DNA of 64,000 bases from a bacterium. Its GTDB lineage: Bacteria > Pseudomonadota > Gammaproteobacteria > Nevskiales > OUC007. A program made the translations under genes and the position numbers. Of this stretch, positions 48,240 to 60,200 are shown in pieces. The DNA lies in the NCBI GenBank assembly GCA_018222345.1, contig JAAFAL010000003.1, positions 593 through 64,592 of the forward strand, written 5' to 3'. The notes below the pieces were generated by a model that saw only the letters and a list, made by a program, of their open reading frames with translations, searched no databases and was not told where the DNA came from. Every line of letters starts with the position of its first letter. Positions within the stretch are counted from its first letter, which is position 1.

Positions 48240-49460
48240 TTAGCGGCGCGGGCCCGGCACAAAGCTACGTTCGGCGGCTGGCGCGTCGTCCTCGGCCTCA
48301 AGTGTTTGAGCCGTCAGGTTGGGCGTGGGGTTGGTGACCTTGTCGAGGATGTGAACAGGCCGGACTGCTTCCATGATCAGCCCATACGACAAGCGGTCAT
48401 AGGTTTTGAACACCAGCAGCGTGCCGGCATTGATGTCGGGCAGTTGCACGCTCTCGAACGTGCCGCCGTAGGGGTCATCAACCTGCCTGCCGGCCTGAAA
48501 CACCGACAACACATGCCCCGGCTCCAGCCCATGCACCGCACCGCGGTTCATGGCCACGATGTTGTACTGGCCGATCTGCGACACGCCGTCGTACACCGAA
48601 ATAATGCTGCCGTCGATCTCGGCATCGGGCGCATGCGGGTAGAAGTTGGCGTCGAACACCTCGGCTTCCAGAGGCAACATGCGGTCGCCAATGCGCACTT
48701 CGCGCACGCTGGTGAGCATTTTGACGATGGACGGCTTGCCGAATTGCGACACCTCGGCCTGGCCCACCGGCACCGCTTCAACGCCGATCACGCTGCCGTC
48801 GTCGGGGTCACGGTAGTCGCTGCCTTCACGCACCGCTTGGTACGAAGTCAGGCCGTTCGGGTCCATGCCCTTGACGAACACCGGGTAGCCGCGGCCACCA
48901 ATCAGATGCTCGCCAACAAAATCGACGATGTATGGCGCGCTGCGCAGCGTGTCGCGATCCACCAGGCGCGGGCCATTGAGAAAGTTGCGAATCGCGTCAA
49001 TGGGAATCGCCGGTATCGCAGCGTCGAGCGGCGTGGCGCGCACGCGCGGGCTCAAGCGCTCAATACCGCCACCAACCCGCGTTACCTGCGGCCGGCCGTC
49101 GGCATACACCAGTAACAACTCGTCGCCGGGATAAATCAAATGCGGGTTTTCAACCTGCGGGTTGACGTACCAAACCTCGGGCCACAGCCACGGGTCACGC
49201 AAAAAGTAGCTGGCAATGTCCCACAGCGTGTCGCCTTTTTTGACGATGTAACGCAGCGGCGCAGTTTCCTTGATGACCGGCGGCGGCGTGGCCAGCGGCG
49301 GTAGTGGAACACTGGCGGCTGGCGCGGGCGCCGGAGCCGTTTGCTGCGGCGGCGGCGTGCTGGCACAAGCTGCGAACAGCAGCGCGCTGGCGCAGGCCAC
49401 GGCCAATTGGTAGCCAACGCCCCGTGATGCCGTGGATGACTGTTCGATATACTTGGCCAT
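48240..49460 (-). CDS. LysM peptidoglycan-binding lipoprotein (TsaP-like by position)
   Basis: Inner ATG MAKYIEQ...ALLFAAC|AS. LysM motif is [27 protein letters not shown]. Its position between dprA and def matches the tsaP locus of Neisseria and Pseudomonas. That orthology is inference. Confidence 0.75.
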   Translation of the reverse strand: MAKYIEQSSTASRGVGYQLAVACASALLFAACASTPPPQQTAPAPAPAASVPLPPLATPPPVIKETAPLRYIVKKGDTLWDIASYFLRDPWLWPEVWYVNPQVENPHLIYPGDELLLVYADGRPQVTRVGGGIERLSPRVRATPLDAAIPAIPIDAIRNFLNGPRLVDRDTLRSAPYIVDFVGEHLIGGRGYPVFVKGMDPNGLTSYQAVREGSDYRDPDDGSVIGVEAVPVGQAEVSQFGKPSIVKMLTSVREVRIGDRMLPLEAEVFDANFYPHAPDAEIDGSIISVYDGVSQIGQYNIVAMNRGAVHGLEPGHVLSVFQAGRQVDDPYGGTFESVQLPDINAGTLLVFKTYDRLSYGLIMEAVRPVHILDKVTNPTPNLTAQTLEAEDDAPAAERSFVPGPRR

Positions 49461-49587
49461 GCGCGTCCCCGCTCCCTTTGCGGCGCCGGTGTCATACCGG
49501 CAGTTCGGGCCGCTAATCCGGCCCGATTGCCCAACCCTCGCGTTGCCGGATTCTTTATCCGATACAAGCTGTTGCGAGCAATTTAGC

Positions 49588-50091
49588 ATGGCAATCCTAA
49601 AAATTCTCCATCATCCTGATCCGCGCCTGCGCGAAACCGCCCAGCCGATCACCGAATTCGACGCTGAACTGTCGCAATTCATCGATGACCTGTTCGAAAC
49701 CATGTACGACGCCCCCGGTGTGGGCTTGGCCGCAACGCAGGTGGGCGTGGCCAAGCGCGTGGCGGTCATGGACTGCTCCGAGGGCAAGGACAAGCCCATC
49801 GTCATGGCCAACCCGGAGATCCTCGAGCTGGGCGATGCCGAAACCGTTGATGAAGGCTGCCTATCGGTGCCCGAGCATTTCGACAAGGTGACGCGCCACG
49901 CCACCACCCGCTTCCGCGCTCAAGACCGCAACGGTGAGACCTACGAGATGGAAGTCGAAGGCCTGATGGCGCAATGCGTGCAGCACGAGCTCGACCACCT
50001 CGACGGCAAGCTGTACATCGACAAGCTGTCGTCGCTCAAGCGCATGCGCATCCGCAAAAAGCTCGAAAAAGCGCAAAAAGCTGCTCGATGA
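49588..50091 (+). CDS. def: peptide deformylase
   Basis: Inner [18 protein letters not shown]. Motifs [15 protein letters not shown] and QHELDHL. Confidence 0.95.
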   Translation: MAILKILHHPDPRLRETAQPITEFDAELSQFIDDLFETMYDAPGVGLAATQVGVAKRVAVMDCSEGKDKPIVMANPEILELGDAETVDEGCLSVPEHFDKVTRHATTRFRAQDRNGETYEMEVEGLMAQCVQHELDHLDGKLYIDKLSSLKRMRIRKKLEKAQKAAR

Positions 50092-51017
50092 GAGTGATCT
50101 TCGCCGGTACGCCGGACTTTGCCGCAGCGCCGCTGCAAGCCTTGCTGGACAGCCCCCACGAAGTGGTTGCGGCCTACACCCAGCCCGACCGCCCCGCCGG
50201 CCGCGGCCGCAAGCTGCAGGCCAGCCCGGTCAAGCAGTTGGCCGAGCAACATCACGTTCCGGTCTGCCAACCGCACAGCCTGCGCGACCCGCAAGCGCAA
50301 GCCCAATGGGCAGGCTGGAATGCTGATGTTGCAGTCGTCGTCGCCTATGGCCTGATCTTGCCGCAAGCTGCGCTGGACGCACCGCGGCTGGGCTGCATCA
50401 ACATTCATGCCTCGCTGCTGCCGCGCTGGCGCGGCGCTGCGCCCATCCAGCGCGCCATCGCCGCCGGCGATGCCGAAACCGGCGTGTGTTTCATGCAAAT
50501 GGAGGCCGGGCTGGATACTGGCCCGGTGCTGGCCCGCCACGTGCTGCCCATTGGCCCGCGCGACACGGGTGGCAGCCTGCACGACAAATTGGCGGCGCTG
50601 GGCGGCGCGCATATTGTCGAAACGCTGGACGCCTTGAATGCGGGTTCGGCCGCGCCAGAACCACAAGACGACAGCGCTGCCTGCTACGCCGCAAAGCTGA
50701 GCAAGACCGAGTCGCAGATTGATTGGTCGGAATCCGCCGCAAACATCGACCGCCAAGTGCGCGCCTTCAACCCCTGGCCGGTGGCAAGCTCGCGCTTAAG
50801 TGGCGAGCAAGTGCGCATTTGGGATGCGCGGCCGTTGTCGCTGCCAACGCCGGAACCCGCCGGCACCATCATTCAGGCCGATGCCGAAGCCATTTGCGTG
50901 GCGACCGGCCAAGGCGTGCTGGGCATCACCGAATTGCAGTGGCCTGGCGGCAAACGCTTACGCGCAGCGCAGGCCGTCAATGGCCGCGACCTTGCAGGAC
51001 TACGCTTTGGCCAATAA
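50088..51017 (+). CDS. fmt: methionyl-tRNA formyltransferase
   Basis: [13 protein letters not shown]... and [22 protein letters not shown] overlap with the def stop. Confidence 0.95.
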   Translation: MRVIFAGTPDFAAAPLQALLDSPHEVVAAYTQPDRPAGRGRKLQASPVKQLAEQHHVPVCQPHSLRDPQAQAQWAGWNADVAVVVAYGLILPQAALDAPRLGCINIHASLLPRWRGAAPIQRAIAAGDAETGVCFMQMEAGLDTGPVLARHVLPIGPRDTGGSLHDKLAALGGAHIVETLDALNAGSAAPEPQDDSAACYAAKLSKTESQIDWSESAANIDRQVRAFNPWPVASSRLSGEQVRIWDARPLSLPTPEPAGTIIQADAEAICVATGQGVLGITELQWPGGKRLRAAQAVNGRDLAGLRFGQ

Positions 51018-52326
51018 ACGCAACAAACCAAACCTGCCGCGGAACGCCCGTGCCCGGGCGGCATCGGCAGTCGAGGCCGTGCTGCGCGGCCGCTCGCTGG
51101 ATGACGGCCTGGCCAGCGCCTGCAAAGGCGCCGAGCCACGCGATGTCGGCCTGATCCGCGCATTGGCCTACGGCGCCGTGCGCGAACTGGGCAGCCTGCG
51201 CTGGCTGATCCGCCAACTCACGCAGCGCCCGCCGCAAGACGTCATCACCGCGCTACTGGCTGTCGGCCTCGTACAACTGCGCAGCCTGCGCGTGCCCGAG
51301 CACGCAGCGGTGTCGGAAACCGTCGATGCCGCCGCGCAAATCGGCCAGCGCAAAGCCGGCGGCATGATTAATGCCGTGTTGCGGCGCTACCTGCGTGAGC
51401 ACGAAACGCTGAATGAAAAACTGCCGCCGCATCTCGACATGCCGGACTGGCTGCTGCAGCACATTCGGCGCGACTGGGACGAGCGCTGGCCGCAGGTGCT
51501 GGGCAGCAGTGATGAACCCGCACCGATGACGTTGCGCGTGAACAGCCGCGCTGGCAGTCGCGACAGTTATCTGGAGTCGCTGGCCACCGCAGACCTGCCC
51601 GCCACCGCCGGTGTGCCTGCGCACAGCGTCATCCTCGAAGACGCGGCCGCTGTCGGGGCGCTGCCCGGCTTTGCCCAAGGCCGCGCCTCGGTGCAGGACT
51701 GTAGTGCGCAACTGGCCGCTGAGTTGTTGGCGCCAAAGAACGGCGAGCGCGTCCTCGATGCTTGCGCCGCGCCGGGCGGCAAAGCCGCGCACCTGCTGGA
51801 ACTGGCCGACATTGACTTGGTGGCACTGGACATTGCCGAGGCGCGGCAGCCGCGCGTGCACGAAACCTTGGAGCGCCTCAGCCTGAAAGCCACTGTGCTG
51901 ACCGGCGACGCCGCGCAACCCGACGACTGGTGGGACGGCAAAGCCTTTGATGCCATTTTGGTGGATGCGCCCTGCTCCGGCACCGGCGTGATCCGCCGCC
52001 ATCCGGACATCAAATGGCTGCGCCGCGCCAGCGACATTGCGCAAATGGCTGCGCGGCAAACCGCCATCCTCACCGCGCTGTGGCCGCTGCTAAAGCCCGG
52101 CGGCCGGCTGCTGTATGCCACCTGCTCGATTCTGGATGCCGAGAACCGCGATGCGCTCGACGCCTGGCTGGCCACCGAACCCAGCGCGCAGGCCGCGCCA
52201 ATTGCCGCCAGTTGGGGCGAACCCGCGGGCGTTGGCCGGCGCATCGCCCCCGGCGGCGCGTGGGATGGTTTCTACTTTGCAATGCTGCTGAAACATTCCG
52301 TTGCGCCCCCCACTGAACAGTCGTAA
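50980..52326 (+). CDS. rsmB: 16S rRNA (cytosine967-C5)-methyltransferase
   Basis: NusB-like N-domain. Motifs DACAAPGGK, DAPCSGTGVIRRHPDIKW and YATCS. Start 50980 is the first ATG and overlaps the fmt end by 38 nt, so a later non-ATG start is possible. Confidence 0.85.
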   Translation: MAATLQDYALANKRNKPNLPRNARARAASAVEAVLRGRSLDDGLASACKGAEPRDVGLIRALAYGAVRELGSLRWLIRQLTQRPPQDVITALLAVGLVQLRSLRVPEHAAVSETVDAAAQIGQRKAGGMINAVLRRYLREHETLNEKLPPHLDMPDWLLQHIRRDWDERWPQVLGSSDEPAPMTLRVNSRAGSRDSYLESLATADLPATAGVPAHSVILEDAAAVGALPGFAQGRASVQDCSAQLAAELLAPKNGERVLDACAAPGGKAAHLLELADIDLVALDIAEARQPRVHETLERLSLKATVLTGDAAQPDDWWDGKAFDAILVDAPCSGTGVIRRHPDIKWLRRASDIAQMAARQTAILTALWPLLKPGGRLLYATCSILDAENRDALDAWLATEPSAQAAPIAASWGEPAGVGRRIAPGGAWDGFYFAMLLKHSVAPPTEQS

Positions 52327-52545
52327 GGTTCGCGGCATGTGGCACAGCAGCGCCAGTAGGTCTCCCGTAGATCCCGACATGCGCATTCATCGCCTGAAAA
52401 GCGCTGATGCAAGGCGGTCGGCGCAGTGCGGTAGCCACACTACCGCCAAGCCGGCCACCAATCTGCAGGAGCAGATTGGAGCGCCAGCCCGAAGGGCCAG
52501 GCACAAGGATGTGACTGGCAACGCAGTCAGCAGCGTTTTTCAGGC

Positions 52546-53919
52546 ATGAAGATCATTATTCTTGGGGCCGGGCAGGTCGGCGCCACATTGGCCGACAACT
52601 TGGCCGGTGAGGCCAACGACGTCACGGTGGTCGATACCGACAACCTGTTGCTGCAAGACCTCGCCGACCGACTCGATATCCGCACCATTCAGGGTTACGC
52701 CTCGTACCCTTATGTGCTGCGCCAGGCCGGCGCCAACGACGCCGACATGATCATCGCCGTGACCGAGAGCGACGAGATCAACATGGTGGCCTGCCAGATC
52801 GCCTACACGCTGTTCCACACGCCCACCAAAATCGCCCGCGTGCGCGCCGCCGGTTATTTGCACGAGTCCGACCTGTTCAATCAGGAAGCCTTGCCGGTGG
52901 ATATGCTCATCAGCCCCGAGCAGCTCGTCACCGACTACATCCGCCGGCTGATCCAGTATCCCGGCGCGCTGCAAGTCGTCGATTTTGCCGACGGCCGCGT
53001 GCGGCTGGTTGCGGTCAAGGCCTATTACGGCGGGCCGCTGGTAGGCCAGGAACTGCGCGAGATCAACGAGCATATTCCGGGCGTGGAGACACGCGTGGCG
53101 GCGATCTTCCGCCGTGGCAAACCCATCATCCCCGAGGGTGCCACGGTGATCGAGGCCGAGGACGAGGTGTTCTTCCTTGCCGCCAAGCCCGATATCAAGA
53201 AAGTCATCAGCGAGATGCGCAAGTCCGACAAGCCGGTCAAGCGCGTGATGATTGCCGGCGGCGGCAACATCGGCCTGCGGCTGGCCAAGGCGTTGGAAGA
53301 CTTCACCCAGGTCAAGGTCATCGAACGCAACCGCGAACGCGCCCGCCACCTGGCCGAAGAATTGGACAAGACCGTGGTGCTGGTGGGTGATGCTGCGAGC
53401 GAAAACCTGCTGCTGGAAGAAAACATCGAATCCGTCGATGTGTTCTGCGCCATTACCAATGACGACGAGGCCAACATCCTGTCGGCCATGCTCGCCAAGC
53501 AGCTAGGCGCGAGCAAGGCGCTGGCGCTGATAAACCGGCTGGCTTACGTCGATCTGGTCGAGGGCAGCTCGGTGGATATCGCCATCAGCCCGCAGCAATC
53601 AACCGTATCCGCGCTGCTCGCGCATGTGCGCCGCGGCGATGTCGTGCGTGTGCATAACCTGCGCCGCGGTGCGGCCGAGGCCATCGAGGCCGTCGCCCAC
53701 GGCGACCCACAGAGCAGCAAGGTGGTCGGCAAGGCCATCGAAGACATCGACCTGCCCAAAGGCGCCACCATCGGCGCCATCGTCCGTGGTGAGCAAGTGC
53801 TAATGGCCCACCACGACACCGTCATCGAACCCGAAGACCACGTCATCCTGTTCATGGTCAACAAAAAGCTGACGCCGGAAGTGGAGAAGCTGTTCCAGGT
53901 TGGCGTGACGTTTCTGTAA
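52546..53919 (+). CDS. trkA: Trk potassium uptake protein TrkA
   Basis: [16 protein letters not shown] and a second [13 protein letters not shown]. Duplicated RCK architecture, 457 aa. Confidence 0.95.
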   Translation: MKIIILGAGQVGATLADNLAGEANDVTVVDTDNLLLQDLADRLDIRTIQGYASYPYVLRQAGANDADMIIAVTESDEINMVACQIAYTLFHTPTKIARVRAAGYLHESDLFNQEALPVDMLISPEQLVTDYIRRLIQYPGALQVVDFADGRVRLVAVKAYYGGPLVGQELREINEHIPGVETRVAAIFRRGKPIIPEGATVIEAEDEVFFLAAKPDIKKVISEMRKSDKPVKRVMIAGGGNIGLRLAKALEDFTQVKVIERNRERARHLAEELDKTVVLVGDAASENLLLEENIESVDVFCAITNDDEANILSAMLAKQLGASKALALINRLAYVDLVEGSSVDIAISPQQSTVSALLAHVRRGDVVRVHNLRRGAAEAIEAVAHGDPQSSKVVGKAIEDIDLPKGATIGAIVRGEQVLMAHHDTVIEPEDHVILFMVNKKLTPEVEKLFQVGVTFL

Positions 53920-53950
53920 GCCATGGGCCGTCGCGACCACTTTGAGAACC

Positions 53951-54042
53951 GTCATTGCGAGGAAGCGAAGCGCCCGCGGCAATCTCGTTGGGTGGCGGCT
54001 TCCTTGACGAGATTGCCGCGCGCATTCGGCGCTCGCAATGAC
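53951..54042. repeat. 92-bp imperfect palindrome (REP-like element) between trkA and trkH
   Basis: Outer arms gtcattgcgag/ctcgcaatgac (11 bp). Inner arms cgcggcaatctcgt/acgagattgccgcg (14 bp). An internal mismatched bubble and an 18-nt loop. Confidence 0.75.
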
Positions 54043-54083
54043 AGCCAACTTTGGGCACCAATGTCGTTATGTGACGCCCGGCC

Positions 54084-55559
54084 ATGACCGTCTTCCAACA
54101 GACCATGGCCCACTGGGCGCCCGTCCAGCGCATCCTCGGCCTGTTGTTGATGATGTTTTCCATCAACATGCTGCCGCCGGCGGTGGTGGGGCTGATCTAC
54201 GGCGACGGCGGCATCTCGGCGTTTCTGGCTGGTTTTGCCATTGTGTTTGGCCTGGGCGCGGCGGTATGGGTGCCGGTGCGCGAACGGCGACGCGAACTGA
54301 AAATCCGCGATGGCTTTGCCATCGTCGTGATGTTCTGGGTGGTGCTGGGCTTGTTCGGCGCGGTGCCACTGTATTTGTCCGACCGGCCCTACCTGTCGAT
54401 CACCGATGCAGTGTTCGAGTCGGTCTCCGGGCTGACGACCACGGGCGCGACCATTTTGGTGGGCATCGACACGCTGCCGCATTCCATCCTCTGGTATCGC
54501 CAGCAACTGCACTTGCTCGGCGGCATGGGCATCATCGTGCTGGCGGTGGCCATCCTGCCGCTGCTGGGCGTGGGTGGCATGCAGCTCTACCGCGCCGAAA
54601 CGCCCGGCCCGATGAAAGACGCCAAGCTGGCGCCGCGCATCACCGAAACCGCCAAAACGCTGTGGTTTATCTACATGGGGCTGGTACTGGTCTGCACCAG
54701 CGCCTACTGGTTTGCCGGCATGCCGCTGTTCGACGCCTTGTCGCATGCGATTTCGACAGTTGCCACCGGCGGGTTTTCGACCCACGACCAATCAATCGGC
54801 TATTTCGATAGCAGCCTGATTGAGTCGATCGCCGTGGTGTTCATGATCCTCGGCTCGCTGAACTTTGCACTGCACTTTTTCGCCTTTCGCGGTGGCGGCG
54901 TTCAGCCCTACTGGAAAGACCCCGAAACGCGTTTGTTCTTCTTCGCCATCAGCGCGGTTACGGTGGTGTGCACGGGCTATTTGTTCGTTGCGGGCAGTTA
55001 TGCGGGGCTGGCCGAATCGTTCATGGCCTCGGTGTTTCAGGTCATCTCCATCGGCACGACGACCGGCTTCACCACCGCCGAATACGCCCTGTGGCCGAGC
55101 TTCTTGCCCATGTTGCTACTGCTGGGCAGTTTCGTCGGCGGCTGCGCCGGCGGCACTACCGGCGGCATGAAGGTGATGCGCTTTGTGCTGATCTTCAAGC
55201 AGGGCAGCCGCGAGATCATGCAACTGCTGCATCCCAGCGCCGAGTTGCCGGTGAAGATTGGCCACAAGCGCGTGCCCGAACGCGTCATCAAGGCGGTGTG
55301 GGGCTTTTTCGCTGCGTACATCCTGATCTTTGTTGCCATGCTGTTAATCCTGATGGGCACTGGCTTGCCCGAGGTCACGGCTTGGTCGGCAGTCGCCGCG
55401 TGTTTGAACAACCTCGGCCCGGGTCTGGGCGAGGTTGCCAGCAACATGGCGACTGTTAACGACCCGGCCAAATGGGTGCTGATCGTGGCGATGTTCCTTG
55501 GTCGGCTGGAGATCTTCCCCTTGCTGGTGCTGCTGTCGCCGGCCTTTTGGCGCAGGTAG
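54084..55559 (+). CDS. trkH: Trk potassium uptake protein TrkH
   Basis: 491 aa and polytopic, with repeated selectivity-filter-like TTTG/ATGG/TTGF motifs (SGLTTTGAT, VATGGFS, GTTTGFT). Confidence 0.92.
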   Translation: MTVFQQTMAHWAPVQRILGLLLMMFSINMLPPAVVGLIYGDGGISAFLAGFAIVFGLGAAVWVPVRERRRELKIRDGFAIVVMFWVVLGLFGAVPLYLSDRPYLSITDAVFESVSGLTTTGATILVGIDTLPHSILWYRQQLHLLGGMGIIVLAVAILPLLGVGGMQLYRAETPGPMKDAKLAPRITETAKTLWFIYMGLVLVCTSAYWFAGMPLFDALSHAISTVATGGFSTHDQSIGYFDSSLIESIAVVFMILGSLNFALHFFAFRGGGVQPYWKDPETRLFFFAISAVTVVCTGYLFVAGSYAGLAESFMASVFQVISIGTTTGFTTAEYALWPSFLPMLLLLGSFVGGCAGGTTGGMKVMRFVLIFKQGSREIMQLLHPSAELPVKIGHKRVPERVIKAVWGFFAAYILIFVAMLLILMGTGLPEVTAWSAVAACLNNLGPGLGEVASNMATVNDPAKWVLIVAMFLGRLEIFPLLVLLSPAFWRR

Positions 55560-55568
55560 CCTGCAGCG

Positions 55569-55904
55569 ATGTCCGACGCCATGATCGACAAACTCGAAGC
55601 CGCCTTGGCAGCCGGCCAAGACAGCGCCTTGGTGCGCTTTTCGCTCGGCGAGGTCTGCTACCGCGAAGGCCAGATCGCCAAAGCCTGTGCGCACCTGCAA
55701 AAGGCGGTGGACTACAACCCGCAGTATTCCGCAGCGTGGAAAATGCTCGGCCGCGCTCGCGCCGCCAATGAGCAACCTGCCGAGGCACGCGACGCCTTCG
55801 AGCAAGGCATCGCCATCGCCCAGCAGCGCGGCGACAAACAGGCCGAGCGCGAAATGAATGTCTTTCTGGCACGCATCTCCAAGCAAATGACAGGCGACGA
55901 ATGA
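55569..55904 (+). CDS. small TPR-repeat protein
   Basis: 111 aa. It has ...GQIAKACAHLQKAVDYNPQYSAAWKMLGRA..., a TPR-like helix pair. ATGA overlap with thrB. Confidence 0.6.
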   Translation: MSDAMIDKLEAALAAGQDSALVRFSLGEVCYREGQIAKACAHLQKAVDYNPQYSAAWKMLGRARAANEQPAEARDAFEQGIAIAQQRGDKQAEREMNVFLARISKQMTGDE

Positions 55905-56851
55905 GTGTTTTTACCGCCATCACCCGCGCCCAACTCGACAGCTTTTTAGCGCACTACGATGTCGGCGTGCTGGAAAACTTCCACGGCATCAGCGAAGGCA
56001 TTGAAAACACCAATTACTTCGTTGATACCCGCCGCGAGGGCCGCCTGCACCAATACGTGCTGACGCTATTCGAGCGCCTGGATTACGACGATCTACCGTA
56101 TTTCTTGGGCCTCATGGCGCATTTGCACAATGCTGGCGTGCCAACCGCCGCACCCGTGGCCGACAACACCGGCGAACTGCTGCGCCCACTGTGCGGCAAG
56201 CCTGCAGCGCTTGTGCAGCGTATCGACGGGCTAGGCGTGGGCGAAGCCTCGGCCGAACAATGCCGTGCCATCGGCGGCGCTATGGCGGCCTTGCATCGCG
56301 CTGGCCAAAGTTTTCCTCAGGCACGCGCGCCTGACCGTGGCCTGGCCTGGTGTCAGGCCACGGCCGATGCCGTGCTGCCAAAGCTGGACGGCGACGACGC
56401 CGCACTGCTGCGCGACGAACTGGCCTGGCAAGCCAATGTCGATCGCTCGGCGCTGCCAACCGGCGTCATCCACGCCGACCTGTTTCGCGACAACGCCCTG
56501 TTTGTCGGGCAGCGGCTGGTCGGGCTGATCGACTTCTACTACGCCTGCAACGACCGCCTGCTGTACGACCTGGCCGTGGCCGCCAACGACTGGTGCTGGA
56601 CACCGGGCGTCGGCCCCGAACAAGCCAAGCTGGACGCCCTGCTTGGCGCCTACGGCGCGCAGCGGCCATTGACTGATGCCGAGCACTCTTGCTGGCCGGC
56701 TGAGTTGCGCGCAAGCGCCCTGCGGTTCTGGCTGTCACGGCTGTACGACAAGCATTTTCCGCGCGGCGGAGATTTGACCCTGATCAAAGACCCGGCCTCG
56801 CAGCGTCGGCGGCTGGAACATTGGCGGGATACCACGGGTGGCGCGCCATGA
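55901..56851 (+). CDS. thrB: homoserine kinase (phosphotransferase/APH-type ThrB)
   Basis: MSVFTAITRAQLDSFLAHYDVGVLENFHGISEGIENTNYFV... and IHADLFRDNALF, as in Pseudomonas-type ThrB. Confidence 0.85.
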   Translation: MSVFTAITRAQLDSFLAHYDVGVLENFHGISEGIENTNYFVDTRREGRLHQYVLTLFERLDYDDLPYFLGLMAHLHNAGVPTAAPVADNTGELLRPLCGKPAALVQRIDGLGVGEASAEQCRAIGGAMAALHRAGQSFPQARAPDRGLAWCQATADAVLPKLDGDDAALLRDELAWQANVDRSALPTGVIHADLFRDNALFVGQRLVGLIDFYYACNDRLLYDLAVAANDWCWTPGVGPEQAKLDALLGAYGAQRPLTDAEHSCWPAELRASALRFWLSRLYDKHFPRGGDLTLIKDPASQRRRLEHWRDTTGGAP

Positions 56852-57255
56852 AATCGCGCAGCGTATTCACCGCCGCGCTCTGGCTGCTAGCCATCGTCAG
56901 CCTGCTGAATGCGGTGTGGATGCTGACCCACGCCTGGTCATGGTTCGAGTGGATTCCGGGCGTTGCCGACACCGGCACTGCCAATGCGCATTTCATTCAC
57001 GATGTAGGGATCGCCTACGCGGTTTGCGGCGTGGGTTTGTTCTGGACGACCCGAAACATCGCTACCGCGCGGCCAGTTTATTTGGGCATTACCGCGTTTT
57101 TCGTCGGCCATGCACTCGGGCATGTGTTGGAGATTCTGCTTGGCGCCTTGCCGCACTCGCACTGGCTGATCGATATTCCACTGGTGTTCGCGCCGGCTGC
57201 CGTTTTGTTGTGGTTCGCGCTGCCTGCGCAGTGGAAGAAGCTACTCAGTAATTGA
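56848..57255 (+). CDS. small integral membrane protein, 135 aa
   Basis: Inner ATG in an ATGA overlap with the thrB stop. About four hydrophobic segments. Its 3' end overlaps convergent addA by 11 nt. Confidence 0.55.
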   Translation: MKSRSVFTAALWLLAIVSLLNAVWMLTHAWSWFEWIPGVADTGTANAHFIHDVGIAYAVCGVGLFWTTRNIATARPVYLGITAFFVGHALGHVLEILLGALPHSHWLIDIPLVFAPAAVLLWFALPAQWKKLLSN

Positions 57256-60200
57256 CTAGCGCGCCGGTCTCGGCCAGCAACAATCCGCCCCGGACTTCTA
57301 CACCGGGCCGGAGCAACGCCAACAACGCCACGTACTCGGCTATTTGCTCCGCATATTTGGCCTTGAGCCGCTGGGCGTAGGCATCAGGCGGCTCGTTGAT
57401 TGAATAGGCAGCGGTCTTGTAGTCGATCACCCACAGCACGCCGTCGTCGTCTTCAAAACAGCGGTCGATGACTGCCGACACCCAGGCGCCGTCGGCCCAG
57501 CCGGAGAGCGGGTACTCGTTGCGCCACCACGGCCAGTCGCGCAGCACCCATTGCCCGGCCTCGCTGGCCAGCGTCCGCGCGACAAGTTCGATGACGCGAT
57601 CGACCGCCTGCTCGACCTGCTGCGGCGGCATGCCCATGCGCAGCAATCCGTTTTGCATGGCCGGGCGGCGGCTGGCGCCGCCATCGGCCCATGCCTGCAG
57701 GCCGTCAACTGCGGTGCGTTCCAATGCAAGGTGAACCATGGTGCCGACAAGCTGGGCGTAGAGATCGCCATCGGCGGACAAGTCAGACACCGCCTCGTCG
57801 TCGCCCAAGGGTGTCAGGCTGGCCTCGCTGGGTTTGCGGGCGCGCTGCTCGCTGGGTAGCCAGGTGGTATCGGCGGCCGGTGGCGCCCAAGCAGCAGGCA
57901 CACGATGTTGGGGCGGGTAGGCCAGTGCTGAATCTTCGTCCTGCTCGGCATCGGGCGGCGGCAGGTCGGCAAGCGCGGGCGCAAAGTCGGCCTCCAGCGC
58001 TGCCATGAAGCTGTTTTTTGTCGGCGCGTAGGCGTCGTCTTTTTTGCTCCAGCGGGCGGCGCCCAGCAGCGTTAACGACTGCCGCGCGCGCGTCGCCGCC
58101 ACATACAACAGGCGCAAACGTTCATTGCGTTGCCCTGCGCGCGCCAGGTCTTTGGCCAGGGCGTAAATGTCGCTGCCCGGTTCGTCGTCGTACGCGGGCC
58201 GCGGCGCCAGCAGCACGCCGGCCGGTTGTGCCTGCGCGTACAGCATCGGCGCCTCGCCGTCGTAGGGTTTGCCGCCGCAGCCAACCACCATTACGTGGTC
58301 ATATTCCAGGCCCTTGGACTTGTGAATGGTGGTGACCTCCACACGGCCCTGGCCCGGCGGGCGATACAGCGCATCCAGCGCACGCTCGAAGTCGGCCCAG
58401 TCCTTGATCTCGCCGCCAGCCAGTTGCGCGCGCATGCAATCAGCGGCCAGCCGAACGGCTTCGCGCGCTTCCGGCGGCAGGGTGTGTGGCGCGCCCAAGG
58501 TCCACCAAACACGTTCAGCGCATTCGACCAGATCACTGCGCATGGCCTCCGCCGCAGTCAGCGCAGCCAACACCTGCCGCAACCGCGCAGCGCCGTCGTC
58601 AGACAAGCTCACATCGCCAGCCTCGAACGCCGCAAAACGCTGCGGCCAGGCTTGCTGGGTGCGCCCGCGCGACAATGCCAGCAAGTCAGCCCAGGCCAGC
58701 CCCACCCACGGGGCGCGCAGCACGACGGCCCAGGCCAACAAATCATGCGGCTGGCGCAGCGCGCGCATCAGGTGAATAAAATCGATCACTGCCGGATGCT
58801 GCGCCAACGCTTGCACATCCAGGGCATGCACATCGGCCACGCCGCGCGCCTGCAGCGCCGCCAACACCGGCGCCAAGTAGGTGCGGCTTGCCGCCAAGAT
58901 GCCAATGGTTTCACCGGGCCCGATGCGGGCCAGCAAGTCGGCAACTTCGGCTGCGGCGCGCTCGGCCTCGTCGGCGCCCACAGCCAGCAGGCGCACGGCC
59001 TCGCCATCAGCAGCGCCGGGGCCAGCAACACAGGCTTGCGCGCTGACAACGCCGGCCCAGGCGTCGTCCTGCACCGGGAAAATCCTTGCGAAGCGGCTGT
59101 TGAACCAGTCGATCAATTGCCGGCCACTGCGGAAGTTGCTGCGCAGGTGCACGACCGTCAGCGGCAGCGCCCCCAGGCGCGCATCGGCGTGTTGCGGCGG
59201 CGTGCCCATCAAGTGCATGAACAGCCGCACTTGCGCATTGCGAAAGGCGTAAATCGATTGTTGCGGATCGCCAACCAAAAATAGCGAGCGGCCGTCACCC
59301 GGCTGCCAATTCTGTGTGAGTTCTTCCAGCAATTGGCACTGTGCGGCGCTGGTGTCCTGCATTTCGTCCACCAGCAAATGGCGGATGTCGGCATCGCTGG
59401 CGCGCAATGCCTCGGGGCCAAGCTGGCCACTGGCGGCGCTGACTGCGGCTTGCGCCACTTCGGGAAAGTCGGCCTCGCCGGCCTGGCCGAAACCCACCCG
59501 CAGTTCGGTATAGACCAGCATCAGCACGCGCGCGAGGTCGTCGCGCAGTTGCGCGTAGTCGGCCGGCCAGTCGGGGCCGGGCAGCGTACGCACTTGCAGC
59601 ACGGCCTGGCTTAACGCCTCGGCATCGGCCCGCGCACGCAGGTCGGCCAGCAAGGCCTTGAACGGGGGCTTGTGCGGGTTGTCGTCCGAGAACCCCTCGT
59701 TCTTGGTCACCCGGGCACGCAAACCGCTTTGCGAGCTCAGGGCTGTAGCGATGCCTTGCCAATGCGCATGGGCATCGGCTGTTGCCGCGGGCCAGCCCTG
59801 TAAATCGGCCGCCCAGGCCATGGCGTCGGCCAGGCCTGATGCAGCCTGCAAGGCAGGCACGATCACCGCGCGTTCATCGGGGCTGATCAAGGCATCCAGC
59901 CGCGCAATGTGGTGCGCCACTAGCGCTTGCAATACCGCGTCGGCATCACCGCCGCGGCCCAGCCATTGTTCGCGGCTGGCCAGCAGGCCCGACAGCGCGG
60001 GGATCAAACCATCGAGCTTGTTGCCGGCCCAGCGCAGCACGTTGAGCAGGGCGGCGCGGTCTGCATCGTCCAGGTCGCGTTCATCCAGCTGGCCGAAAGC
60101 TGCCAAGACCGCCTGCTGGTAGTGCGCCTGCGGTTGTTCGAGTTGCTTGACCGAGCCGCCCAAGCCCGATAGCAGCGGCAACTGGCTGGCCAGGCGCTGA

